Assembly (NCBI GenBank): GCA_964555605.1
Contig: CAZKSY010000007.1
Location: 16,538 to 80,537, forward strand
Direction of reading: 5' to 3'
Length of the DNA stretch: 64,000 bases
From: an uncultured Chitinophagaceae bacterium
GTDB lineage: Bacteria > Bacteroidota > Bacteroidia > Chitinophagales > Chitinophagaceae
Shown: piece after piece, positions 19,802 to 27,468 of the stretch
Numbering within the stretch: position 1 is the stretch's first letter
Layout: each line of letters opens with the position of its first letter
Notes under the pieces: model-generated
Database searches by the model: none
Told to the model about the DNA's origin: nothing
The model's input: only the letters and a program-made list of their open reading frames with translations
Translations under genes and position numbers: made by a program

Positions 19802-20578
19802 TTAAAACCGGTAGCCGATATTCACCATATATCGATACCCGATACTTGCTTTTCTTAAATTTCCCCTTTGATCGAAGCTGGCATCTGTTGCAATTTTATT
19901 AAATCCAGGGATCCAGTAATAAAGGAAATTGTTCAACCTGTCAAAAAAGGGCTTTGATTGTTCCGCGCTAAACTGTCCTTTTACATCGGCCTCCATGTTA
20001 TAGACCGCTAACCCGGGTCCCCCCATCACAAGATCAACTGACATCCGGTCCCATAAAACCGTTTGATATCCAAACTCAAATCCAATCGTATGAATGTTCA
20101 TGCTGAACCCTGTCGCCACTTCTCCCTGAAAATAAGAAGTGTTTACCTGCCACCAACTCTCCCGATAAAAATTATTGAATGAATAATAGGGTCCTATAAA
20201 AAAACCCCGCGGCGCTTCATACTTATTCTCCTTCTTTAAATAAAAACGATAATCGACCGCAACGTGAAATCCTTTCTCTTTTCCACTATTGATCAGCAAA
20301 ACAGAATCAACAGCCAGCTTTCTACCGATTTTCGGAAGCGACATACCACCCATATTAATCGACAGCGTTTGGTGGGCATTAAGGACACGTTCATAACCAA
20401 ATACCATTGCTTTTCGGCCGAAAATCAGGGGTTGACTTAGGTTCACATACAGGCTGTTTTTTCGCTTCTTCTCCTGTCCAAATAACCCAGGTGAACCAGT
20501 ATGGCAAAAAAGGAATAACAGGAAAAATAATTTACCCCAAAACGCTAATCTGAAAGGTGGCATAATTGAGTGTGTCAA
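19802..20578 (-). CDS. Hypothetical outer-membrane beta-barrel protein
   Basis: 258 aa with an N-terminal hydrophobic signal and an OMP-type C-terminus ...NIGYRF. Confidence 0.55.
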   Translation of the reverse strand: MTHSIMPPFRLAFWGKLFFLLFLFCHTGSPGLFGQEKKRKNSLYVNLSQPLIFGRKAMVFGYERVLNAHQTLSINMGGMSLPKIGRKLAVDSVLLINSGKEKGFHVAVDYRFYLKKENKYEAPRGFFIGPYYSFNNFYRESWWQVNTSYFQGEVATGFSMNIHTIGFEFGYQTVLWDRMSVDLVMGGPGLAVYNMEADVKGQFSAEQSKPFFDRLNNFLYYWIPGFNKIATDASFDQRGNLRKASIGYRYMVNIGYRF

Positions 20579-20626
20579 CAGAATGTTTTCTGTTGCGTAA
20601 TTAAAATGAAAAAAGAAATCAACACT

Positions 20627-21838
20627 CTAATATACTATAGCCTCGCCCTGACAGTGCAGTACTAGTTCTTTTTTGTGGCAGGCTTCCACTCTACCGACAA
20701 TTTTACCCTCTATGCCGAGGGTTTTGCCTGCAGCGATAAGTTTGTCAGCTTCCCTTTCGCTGGTGAAAATCTCCAAACGATGCCCCATATTGAAAACCTG
20801 ATACATTTCCCGGGCATCACTGCCAGACGCTTTCTGGAGTACATCAAATACCACCGGTGGCTCAAACAGGTTATCTTTTACGATCCTGAAGTTGCCGGGC
20901 AGGTATTTCATGCACTTTGTTTGTCCGCCTCCACTGCAATGGATCAAACCATGGATGGCTTCGAAATGTTCCTGCAAAATCATTTTCATCAAGGGCGCAT
21001 AGGTACGTGTAGGACTCAACAGCAATTGACCGATTGTGGGCCACTGATCCCGGGTTACATACTTCTGATCAGCGGCAGAAAGCGTATATCGCTCCGCAGA
21101 AAGCGGATCAGTCAGTCGGTTGGGGCCGATATAAACGACCGATTCGTCTAACCCGGTATCAAAAGACTCCGGATACTGGGCCGCATAGGTTTTGTGCAAG
21201 GCATCATGCCGGGCACTGGTTAAACCGTTACTGGCGATTCCACTATTATAAGATGATTCGTAATTAGCTTTCCCGGAACTGGCAAAACCAACAATTACAT
21301 CTCCGGCCTGAATATGATCGTTGGTCACCAACTTGTTTTTGGGCCAGCGGGCCGTCATGGTACCATTTACGGCGATACTGCGTACCACATCCCCCACGTC
21401 GGCGGTTTCTCCTCCCAGATAATGAATCTGAACACCATACCCTTTTAGCTCGTTGAATAATTCCTGTGTGCCATTAATGATCACTTCCAGTACTTCGCCC
21501 GGAATCAGCCGCTTATTTCGATCAATGGTGGAAGAGAACAGCAACTGATCGTGAATACCCACACAAAGCAGATCATCCAGATTCATCACTACAGCATCCT
21601 GTGCGATTCCTTTCCAAACAGAAATATCACCGGTTTCTTTCCAGTACAAATAAGCCAGTATGCTTTTAGTTCCGGCGCCATCAGCATGCATGAGGTTTAC
21701 CCAGGAAGCATCCCCGGTTAAAAAATCGGGATAGATCTTACAAAAAGCATGGGCAAAAAGACCCTGATCGAGTTTCTCAACGGCTTTATGCACTTCTTCT
21801 TTTTGGGCCGACACCCCACGTTTGGAATAAAGACTCAT
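20627..21838 (-). CDS. purM: AIR synthase (PurM)-family protein, long Bacteroidota type
   Basis: 403 aa. The HADGAGTK and GGETAD motifs are typical of the PurM N- and C-domains. Confidence 0.75.
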   Translation of the reverse strand: MSLYSKRGVSAQKEEVHKAVEKLDQGLFAHAFCKIYPDFLTGDASWVNLMHADGAGTKSILAYLYWKETGDISVWKGIAQDAVVMNLDDLLCVGIHDQLLFSSTIDRNKRLIPGEVLEVIINGTQELFNELKGYGVQIHYLGGETADVGDVVRSIAVNGTMTARWPKNKLVTNDHIQAGDVIVGFASSGKANYESSYNSGIASNGLTSARHDALHKTYAAQYPESFDTGLDESVVYIGPNRLTDPLSAERYTLSAADQKYVTRDQWPTIGQLLLSPTRTYAPLMKMILQEHFEAIHGLIHCSGGGQTKCMKYLPGNFRIVKDNLFEPPVVFDVLQKASGSDAREMYQVFNMGHRLEIFTSEREADKLIAAGKTLGIEGKIVGRVEACHKKELVLHCQGEAIVY

Positions 21839-21929
21839 GAAAAATATTTAAAATTAGGCGTTGCTGAACAGGTGCAAATGTCTGCTTCCCCCGTGGAATC
21901 ACCAACTACCAACTGCAAAGTTTTTCAAC

Positions 21930-21937
21930 TACATTTG
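21930..21937 (+). promoter_or_regulatory. Candidate Bacteroidota -7 box (TACATTTG) for ribF
   Basis: Exact TAnnTTTG match 11 nt upstream of the ribF ATG. Its core CATTTGCAC is the inverted copy of GTGCAAATG, which lies about 55-60 nt upstream. Confidence 0.35.
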
Positions 21938-21948
21938 CACCCCAACTC

Positions 21949-22899
21949 ATGCAGGTTCATACCAACATAAATAATTTAGTCGGGTTCCGGAAAGCGGTCA
22001 TTACCATTGGAACCTTTGATGGGGTGCATCGGGGGCACCAGCAAATCATTTCCCAACTGGTGGCGGAAGCTACCCGGATGGATGGTGAATCTGTCATGAT
22101 CACTTTTGACCCTCACCCCCGGGAAATAATCGGTACCCCCGGCAGCTCAATACCCCTGTTGAATACATTACCTGAAAAAATACATTTGCTGGAAGAGGCT
22201 GGTATCGATCACCTGGTAGTTGTTCCCTTTACACCAGCCTTCGCCGCCATGGATGCAGATACTTATGTGCAGGATTTTTTAATCAGTTGTTTTCATCCGC
22301 ATACGGTAATTATTGGTTACGATCACCATTTTGGAAAAGACCGTAAAGGCGATTTTTCGCTGCTTGAATCGTATCGCTCCAAAGGTCTTTTTGAATTGAA
22401 GGAAATCCCGGGGCATCTCATAAATGAGAGCAGTGTTTCCTCCACCAGAATAAGACAGGCATTGCAAAAAGGCGATATGCCGGAAGCCAATACACTTTTG
22501 GGATATACCTACTTTTTTGAAGGCCTGGTCATAGAAGGCAATAAACTGGGAAGAACCCTGGGCTATCCCACCGCCAACTTACAAATTGAAAATGCACAAA
22601 AACTGATTCCGGCCAACGGCGTTTACGTGGTGAACGTGCACATACCCGCGGAAGGAAACAGATTTTATGGTGCCATGATGAACATAGGAATACGCCCTAC
22701 CATTGGAGGAAATAAAAAAATGATCGAGGTTAACCTCTTTGACTTCGACCGTGATATATACGGAAATACCCTGCAGGTTCAGGTGCTCCGGCAATTGAGA
22801 TTGGAAAAAAAGTTTGACGGGCTCGATCAGCTTAGGTCCCAACTGGCTACCGACAAACAAATGGCCCTGGAATTTTTACAGAAAAAAAAGGATATTTAG
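21949..22899 (+). CDS. ribF: Bifunctional riboflavin kinase / FAD synthetase
   Basis: TIGTFDGVHRGHQ nucleotidyltransferase motif and LGYPTANL riboflavin-kinase motif. Confidence 0.9.
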   Translation: MQVHTNINNLVGFRKAVITIGTFDGVHRGHQQIISQLVAEATRMDGESVMITFDPHPREIIGTPGSSIPLLNTLPEKIHLLEEAGIDHLVVVPFTPAFAAMDADTYVQDFLISCFHPHTVIIGYDHHFGKDRKGDFSLLESYRSKGLFELKEIPGHLINESSVSSTRIRQALQKGDMPEANTLLGYTYFFEGLVIEGNKLGRTLGYPTANLQIENAQKLIPANGVYVVNVHIPAEGNRFYGAMMNIGIRPTIGGNKKMIEVNLFDFDRDIYGNTLQVQVLRQLRLEKKFDGLDQLRSQLATDKQMALEFLQKKKDI

Positions 22900-23051
22900 G
22901 ACTGATTTTCTCTAAATTTTGGAGGCGTTGGAAGGGCCAGATTTTCATAAACAACTGATTATCAATTGGCATTTTTTCACAAAATTTAATTTTGTGAACT
23001 TTAACGGCGGTTCGTCCCCAATTTCTATTTATCCGCTACTTTTGATATCAG

Positions 23052-23107
23052 ATTACTGCTACTTACTACCATCGTTTCACTACCCATTACATTCTCCTTA
23101 CTAACCC
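23052..23107. repeat. Degenerate 7-nt-phased tract (CTAnnnn-like units)
   Basis: attactg ctactta ctaccat cgtttca ctaccca ttacatt ctcctta ctaaccc gives eight units in one 7-nt register. It is much more degenerate than the other lattice elements. Confidence 0.3.
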
Positions 23108-23154
23108 GCTTTAGCTATCACGATTGTGTTATTGAACCTAAAAAAGAGAGGACT

Positions 23155-23424
23155 ATGTATTCGTATGCTTTGCTGGAACCAGGATGTCATTATCTGATTC
23201 AGGAAACCGCTGAACAACCCGTGCAACTTATAAAGGTATCGGTAGAAACCGACCAATGCCTCTATATAACCCGCTATAAGGAAGTTCCGGAATTGGAATG
23301 GAAGAAAAAACAGGATCCAATTCTGGAAATACTGGAATGCTTAACCGACGCCAAAGTGAAGGAATGGGAGGCCGTTTATAATGAAGGGCATGATGCTTTT
23401 CATGAAGAGGAAGATGATGAATAA
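23155..23424 (+). CDS. Small acidic hypothetical protein (89 aa)
   Basis: ORF only, with a C-terminal HEEEDDE tail and no recognisable motif. Confidence 0.35.
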   Translation: MYSYALLEPGCHYLIQETAEQPVQLIKVSVETDQCLYITRYKEVPELEWKKKQDPILEILECLTDAKVKEWEAVYNEGHDAFHEEEDDE

Positions 23425-23572
23425 GCTCCACAGCGCTTCCCCCTACATGAAAACACTTTGAGGGTTAAGGGTAATAGGTTGTCCGGAAATTTGGACAGAC
23501 TACAGTTATGGGATACTTTTACAAGGCAATTAATAGCGATATTTCTATTATTGTAAAGTATCCTTCATTTAC

Positions 23573-23848
23573 ATGAATACGGCTCAGGTTAGAATAGTAT
23601 CAGTGGAACCCAATCCTTTTCAGAACATCTTCAGGGTTCATATCCAGTCTCAATTTAATGAAACGGGGTACCTGAACCTGATTAATCAACTGGGAACCTC
23701 TGTATTCTCCGCGGAGTTTAACCTCGTCCCCGGCATGAATGAACAGGAATGTGACCCTGGCCTGATACCCGAAGGATACTATTATTTGCACTATAAAACA
23801 AAGGAGTCGGGCATCTTTGTGGTACACCAGATGTACCATGCCCTTTAG
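23573..23848 (+). CDS. T9SS C-terminal sorting domain-only ORF (possible gene remnant)
   Basis: The 91-aa sequence VEPNPFQNIFRVHIQ...LINQLGTSVF...GYYYLHYKT resembles a Por_Secre_tail/T9SS type A CTD. It has no signal peptide and no cargo domain. Confidence 0.4.
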   Translation: MNTAQVRIVSVEPNPFQNIFRVHIQSQFNETGYLNLINQLGTSVFSAEFNLVPGMNEQECDPGLIPEGYYYLHYKTKESGIFVVHQMYHAL

Positions 23849-24510
23849 GCAACCAAACGCTGGTTGTGTTTTCTGGTAAGATATCCCACGGAAGCGATAA
23901 TGATCGCCACAATACTCGAGATATAATAGATGAGGAAATTGTCTTCCGCTCCACCCGGAGTGGTAACATAATAATCAAAAATATAGATCACAATAAAGGT
24001 TCCGTAAGCAAACAATAAAGAGAAGTGAATGAAAATCATCGACCGGTCGTGGTCGTTATGCTCCAGTTTCTGCATATATAACGATATCTCCCAAAGCAGG
24101 GCTACCAAAACTAATACCAGCCCGATAGCCAGCAGGTACTTGGCGGCATTATAATTCCAACCTCTGATAAAGAAATTGATGAGCTGTACCATCAAAAAAA
24201 CCGGGGCCACCCAACCCGTTAACTGCCGAAGGGTTTTGGATTTTGTGGTAACATAAAGAATACCTAATACCATCGGCACATCAATCATATTGTATACCAC
24301 TGTAGCCGTTTCCAAAATCTCCTGACTGATACCGGGAATATTACCCAATAAATTAACCCATCCACTTATCATCCAGTAAAGTCCGAAGAGCAGGAAGGGC
24401 ACTTCTTTCCACATCTTTCTTCCCAGTACAATAAGTATAGGAATAAAGTAGGCTATCTGCGCGAGTACTGAGATGATATTGTAAATGGTTTCTTTCAAAG
24501 TTTGGATCAT
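23845..24510 (-). CDS. Hypothetical polytopic membrane protein (~7 TM by eye)
   Basis: 221 aa with seven hydrophobic stretches of ~20 aa and no recognised family motif. Confidence 0.6.
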   Translation of the reverse strand: MIQTLKETIYNIISVLAQIAYFIPILIVLGRKMWKEVPFLLFGLYWMISGWVNLLGNIPGISQEILETATVVYNMIDVPMVLGILYVTTKSKTLRQLTGWVAPVFLMVQLINFFIRGWNYNAAKYLLAIGLVLVLVALLWEISLYMQKLEHNDHDRSMIFIHFSLLFAYGTFIVIYIFDYYVTTPGGAEDNFLIYYISSIVAIIIASVGYLTRKHNQRLVA

Positions 24511-24754
24511 TGCACTGTGTAAAAATCGTATAAACAGTAGATATTATTGTTACACAAAATATATTCAGTATTACTACTCCTGTAGTGGTTTGCATAAAAT
24601 ACGATGGCAGTAAATCAAAACTACTCGACTGTACCACTTTAAAAACGAACACCCCTAAACGAAGTTGAATATTTCGGTTTTACATCCCTTTTAGTAGCGC
24701 ATCAGGCAACCGTAAATCCCCTTGTCAGGAATTTTCAACCAGGTGCTTCCTCAC

Positions 24755-24762
24755 TAATTTTG
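24755..24762 (+). promoter_or_regulatory. Candidate -7 box (TAATTTTG) in front of the ORF-poor region
   Basis: Exact TAnnTTTG match. I saw no clear -33 TTG. Confidence 0.3.
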
Positions 24763-24767
24763 GGGAG

Positions 24768-25290
24768 TACTAAGCAGGTACCCTTACGGATTAGCCCGAA
24801 AATCTGTAAGAAAATGGCTTTTTCTCGTAATTCTACGATGACAGCCTTCGTAATTCAAACCTTTCGGGGCGCTTTTTATACGATAGCGCACGTATTAGCT
24901 GAAGTGTTAAAAAGGGGCAGATTTGCTCTATGTCAATTAAGCGGGTCGAAGTACATTTGTATCAGTTACGCAGTCATCCAGTATCCTTCGAAAAGAGCAA
25001 CAATATCCAATAGTCCAGTAGTCCAATATCCGTTAGAAATCCCGACGAAAATCCAAGTCCATTGTAAACGTTATCCTGTTGAATGAAATTTCCAATCGCC
25101 TGTTAAAAACCAATGTCCAATTCGTCTGAAAACCAACGTCCAAAAAGTTCTTATGAAGACCCGGTCGAATATCCTGAAAACCTGAAATCCGTTTGATTTT
25201 ATTAGTCAGATAGGATCCGATACCGAACGAAGACAAACTATGGTAGCTCGACTGAAAAAATTGAGTCCCGCAAAAAGCGGGACTTTTTTT
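24768..25290 (+). ncRNA. Candidate unclassified non-coding transcript or long leader (~0.5 kb)
   Basis: Bounded by the -7 box at 24755-24762 and the terminator at 25265-25290. The only ORF is a TTG-initiated, Cys/Arg/Lys-rich 108-aa frame. The region contains phased AATATCC/AATAGTCC/AGTAGTCC units at 24972-25031. It matches no Rfam family that I can recognise by eye. Confidence 0.3.
25265..25290 (+). terminator. Rho-independent terminator
   Basis: GTCCCGC-AAAAA-GCGGGAC followed by TTTTTTT. It lies 35 nt upstream of the rhodanese-thioredoxin ATG, in the same orientation. Confidence 0.8.
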
Positions 25291-25324
25291 ATGCCCACGC
25301 AGTCTGCATTCTGTATTTTTGAGT

Positions 25325-26014
25325 ATGCGTAAAATGATTCTTCTCCTGCTCCTCCCGGTATTTTTTGTTGCCTGCCAGTCGCAGGCCCAGCCCAATCACG
25401 ATCTGGATGCCAATGCATTTGAAAAAGGAATTGCACAGCCAGGCGTTCAGATCCTGGATGTAAGAACCGCTGGGGAATTCCGTTCAGGCCATATTGCCAA
25501 AGCCCTTCAGGCCGACTGGAACAATCCGGCACAGTTTCAGGACAGAACCCAACATCTCGACAAAAACAAACCTGTATATATATATTGTTTAAGCGGAGGC
25601 CGAAGTGCTGCGGCGGCAGAAGTGCTGCGCGGCAAAGGATATTCCGTGTACGAGCTTTCCGGTGGTATCAATGCCTGGAAACGCAATGGAAAACCATTGG
25701 AAGGCAGCAGTAAAGCGCCCCAAATGACGGTAGCGGAATATAATGCGGCGATCAACAGCAGCCCGGTGGTGCTGGTAGATTTCGGGGCCGAATGGTGCCC
25801 TCCCTGCAAAAAAATGGAGCCCGTTTTAATGGACCTTCAGCAAGAGCTGGGGGCTAAATTCAAATTGGTAAAAGTGGATGGCGGCAAAGACCTGGAACTC
25901 ATGAAAAAGGAAAATGTGGAGGCCTTGCCCGTTTTTATCATCTATAAAAACGGGAAAGAAGTGTGGAGGCAACAGGGTATTACGGCCAAAGAGACCTTTA
26001 AAAAATTCCTGTAA
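25325..26014 (+). CDS. Rhodanese-thioredoxin fusion lipoprotein
   Basis: Lipobox LLLPVFFVAC, rhodanese active-site loop CLSGGRS and thioredoxin WCPPCKKM. Confidence 0.85.
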   Translation: MRKMILLLLLPVFFVACQSQAQPNHDLDANAFEKGIAQPGVQILDVRTAGEFRSGHIAKALQADWNNPAQFQDRTQHLDKNKPVYIYCLSGGRSAAAAEVLRGKGYSVYELSGGINAWKRNGKPLEGSSKAPQMTVAEYNAAINSSPVVLVDFGAEWCPPCKKMEPVLMDLQQELGAKFKLVKVDGGKDLELMKKENVEALPVFIIYKNGKEVWRQQGITAKETFKKFL

Positions 26015-26032
26015 GTACTACAATCTTCTACC

Positions 26033-27064
26033 ATGCGTACCTTTCTCCTTTTATTTTCCCTTTCCCTTTTGAGTCTGGCTTCTTATGCCCAATCGATCGG
26101 GATATTGAGCAGCGGAAACAAAACATCGATGCGGGGTCTTAGTGTGGTAAACGACCAAATCGTTTGGGCCAGTGGCAGCGCCGGTAAAGTGGCCAGAAGT
26201 ACCGATGCCGGTAAACATTGGGATTGGATCACTGTTCCCGGCTTTGAAAAAAGAGACTTTCGCGACATCGAAGCATTTGATTCCCTTCAGGCAGTAATCA
26301 TGGCGGTGGATGAACCCGGTGTTATCCTTCGTACCGAGGATGGGGGACGAAGCTGGAGAACCGTATTTACAGACACGGCAAAAGGTATGTTTCTGGATGC
26401 CATGTATTTTGCTTCTAACGGAACGGCCGTGGTAGTAGGCGATCCGCTCCCACAACAACCGAACGAAATCTATACTGCTTTTAGCTACGACAAGGGTAGA
26501 TCATGGGTGCATCCGGGTGATGCAGGTAAATACCTCCCGCAGGTATCTGCAGGAGAATCGATGTTTGCCTCCAGCGGCACCAATCTGATTGTTTTCCCCG
26601 AAAAGGGCCTCTACAACCGATTTAACTATGTGGTAGTAACCGGCGGCATGGCCTCCGGCATCCTTCATTCCATCCCTTTAAAACGAACCTCTCTTTCCCT
26701 GCAGCAGGGAAAGCAATCGACCGGCGCCAACAGTATAGCGGCATTTGATAAAAAAAACTGGATCATTGTTGGCGGCGATTTTATGAACGATAAAGACAGT
26801 ACCCGCAATTGTTTGATCACCACCGATGGCGGCAATTCTTTCTTCTCCCCTTCCACCCCACCCCATGGTTATAAAAGTTGTGTGACGTATTTATCCAGAA
26901 ACACCTTGATCAGCTGTGGAACCTCAGGCGTAGACATTTCGGTTGATGGTGGTCGTAACTGGAAAAAGATCAGTGCAGAAAGCTTCCATGTGGTGCAGAA
27001 AGCAAAAAAGGGAAAAGCTGTTTTTCTCGCCGGCAATGGAAGGATCGCGAAACTGGAATGGTGA
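26033..27064 (+). CDS. Secreted BNR/Asp-box beta-propeller protein (Ycf48-like)
   Basis: Signal peptide plus five Asp-box-like motifs (STDAGKHW, TEDGGRSW, SYDKGRSW, TTDGGNSF, SVDGGRNW). Confidence 0.7.
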   Translation: MRTFLLLFSLSLLSLASYAQSIGILSSGNKTSMRGLSVVNDQIVWASGSAGKVARSTDAGKHWDWITVPGFEKRDFRDIEAFDSLQAVIMAVDEPGVILRTEDGGRSWRTVFTDTAKGMFLDAMYFASNGTAVVVGDPLPQQPNEIYTAFSYDKGRSWVHPGDAGKYLPQVSAGESMFASSGTNLIVFPEKGLYNRFNYVVVTGGMASGILHSIPLKRTSLSLQQGKQSTGANSIAAFDKKNWIIVGGDFMNDKDSTRNCLITTDGGNSFFSPSTPPHGYKSCVTYLSRNTLISCGTSGVDISVDGGRNWKKISAESFHVVQKAKKGKAVFLAGNGRIAKLEW

Positions 27065-27394
27065 TCATTTCCGGAACATAAAGTAAACCGCTCCGATCAG
27101 AAAGAGGAAACTTATCAGATGCTTCCATTCCAACGGTTCCTTTAGCTGGAATACCGCATACACACTGAATACCACCAACGTAATTACTTCCTGTGTCATC
27201 TTCAATTGAAACCCGGAAAACCCATTGGAGAAACCCCAGCGATTGGCCGGAACCATTAAACAATATTCAAAAAAGGCAATTCCCCAGCTCAATAATACCG
27301 CCTTCCACAGCGGAATCTGCTTCTGTGTTAAATGCCCGTACCAGGCAATGGTCATAAAAATATTTGAAGCAACCAGGAGTAAAATCGTTTTCAT
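27065..27394 (-). CDS. DMT-superfamily small membrane protein (DUF486)
   Basis: 109 aa with MKTILLLVASNIFMTIAWYGHL, a typical DUF486 start, and 4 TM segments. Confidence 0.75.
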   Translation of the reverse strand: MKTILLLVASNIFMTIAWYGHLTQKQIPLWKAVLLSWGIAFFEYCLMVPANRWGFSNGFSGFQLKMTQEVITLVVFSVYAVFQLKEPLEWKHLISFLFLIGAVYFMFRK

Positions 27395-27422
27395 TCGAAA
27401 AAGCTTTATAGCTGAAAATAAT

Positions 27423-27448
27423 AAAAAAAGCCGGACAAGAGTCCGGCT
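27423..27448 (-). terminator. Rho-independent terminator of smc
   Basis: The minus strand reads AGCCGGAC-TCTT-GTCCGGCT followed by TTTTTTT, 21 nt after the smc stop. Confidence 0.8.
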
Positions 27449-27468
27449 ATTGCTTTTATGCGAGATGG

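Noticed and set aside
20576-20595. Hairpin CAACAGAA-TGTT-TTCTGTTG downstream of the purM-like gene as a terminator
   Set aside because: It has an 8-bp AT-rich stem with no T-run on the relevant minus strand, which is too weak to call.
24760-25086. 108-aa plus-strand ORF inside the ORF-poor region
   Set aside because: It has a TTG start and a Cys/Arg/Lys-rich, low-complexity composition, with no motif, signal or TM logic. Its frame runs through the phased AATATCC/AGTAGTCC repeats. I treat it as a chance ORF within a probable non-coding region.
24623-25253. 8-nt direct repeat CTCGACTG flanking the region, as a possible target-site duplication of a MITE-like insertion
   Set aside because: A repeated 8-mer within ~700 nt is expected by chance, since several such pairs are statistically likely. 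The adjacent ends share only about 5 nt of inverted similarity, and no transposase is nearby.
24760-25290. tmRNA, RNase P RNA, SRP RNA or known riboswitch identity for the candidate RNA
   Set aside because: The transcript would start with GGGGAG, but there is no complementary 3' acceptor strand ending CCA and no GGTTCGAnTCC T-loop. There is no GGAAAGTCCGG P4 core, no SRP domain IV motif, and no SAM, TPP, FMN or B12 core that I can recognise. The region remains unclassified rather than assigned.
25314-25321. TATTTTTG -7-like box just before the rhodanese-thioredoxin gene
   Set aside because: It ends only 3 nt before the ATG at 25325, so the predicted transcription start would fall inside the coding sequence. 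It is not usable as this gene's promoter unless translation starts at the second Met.
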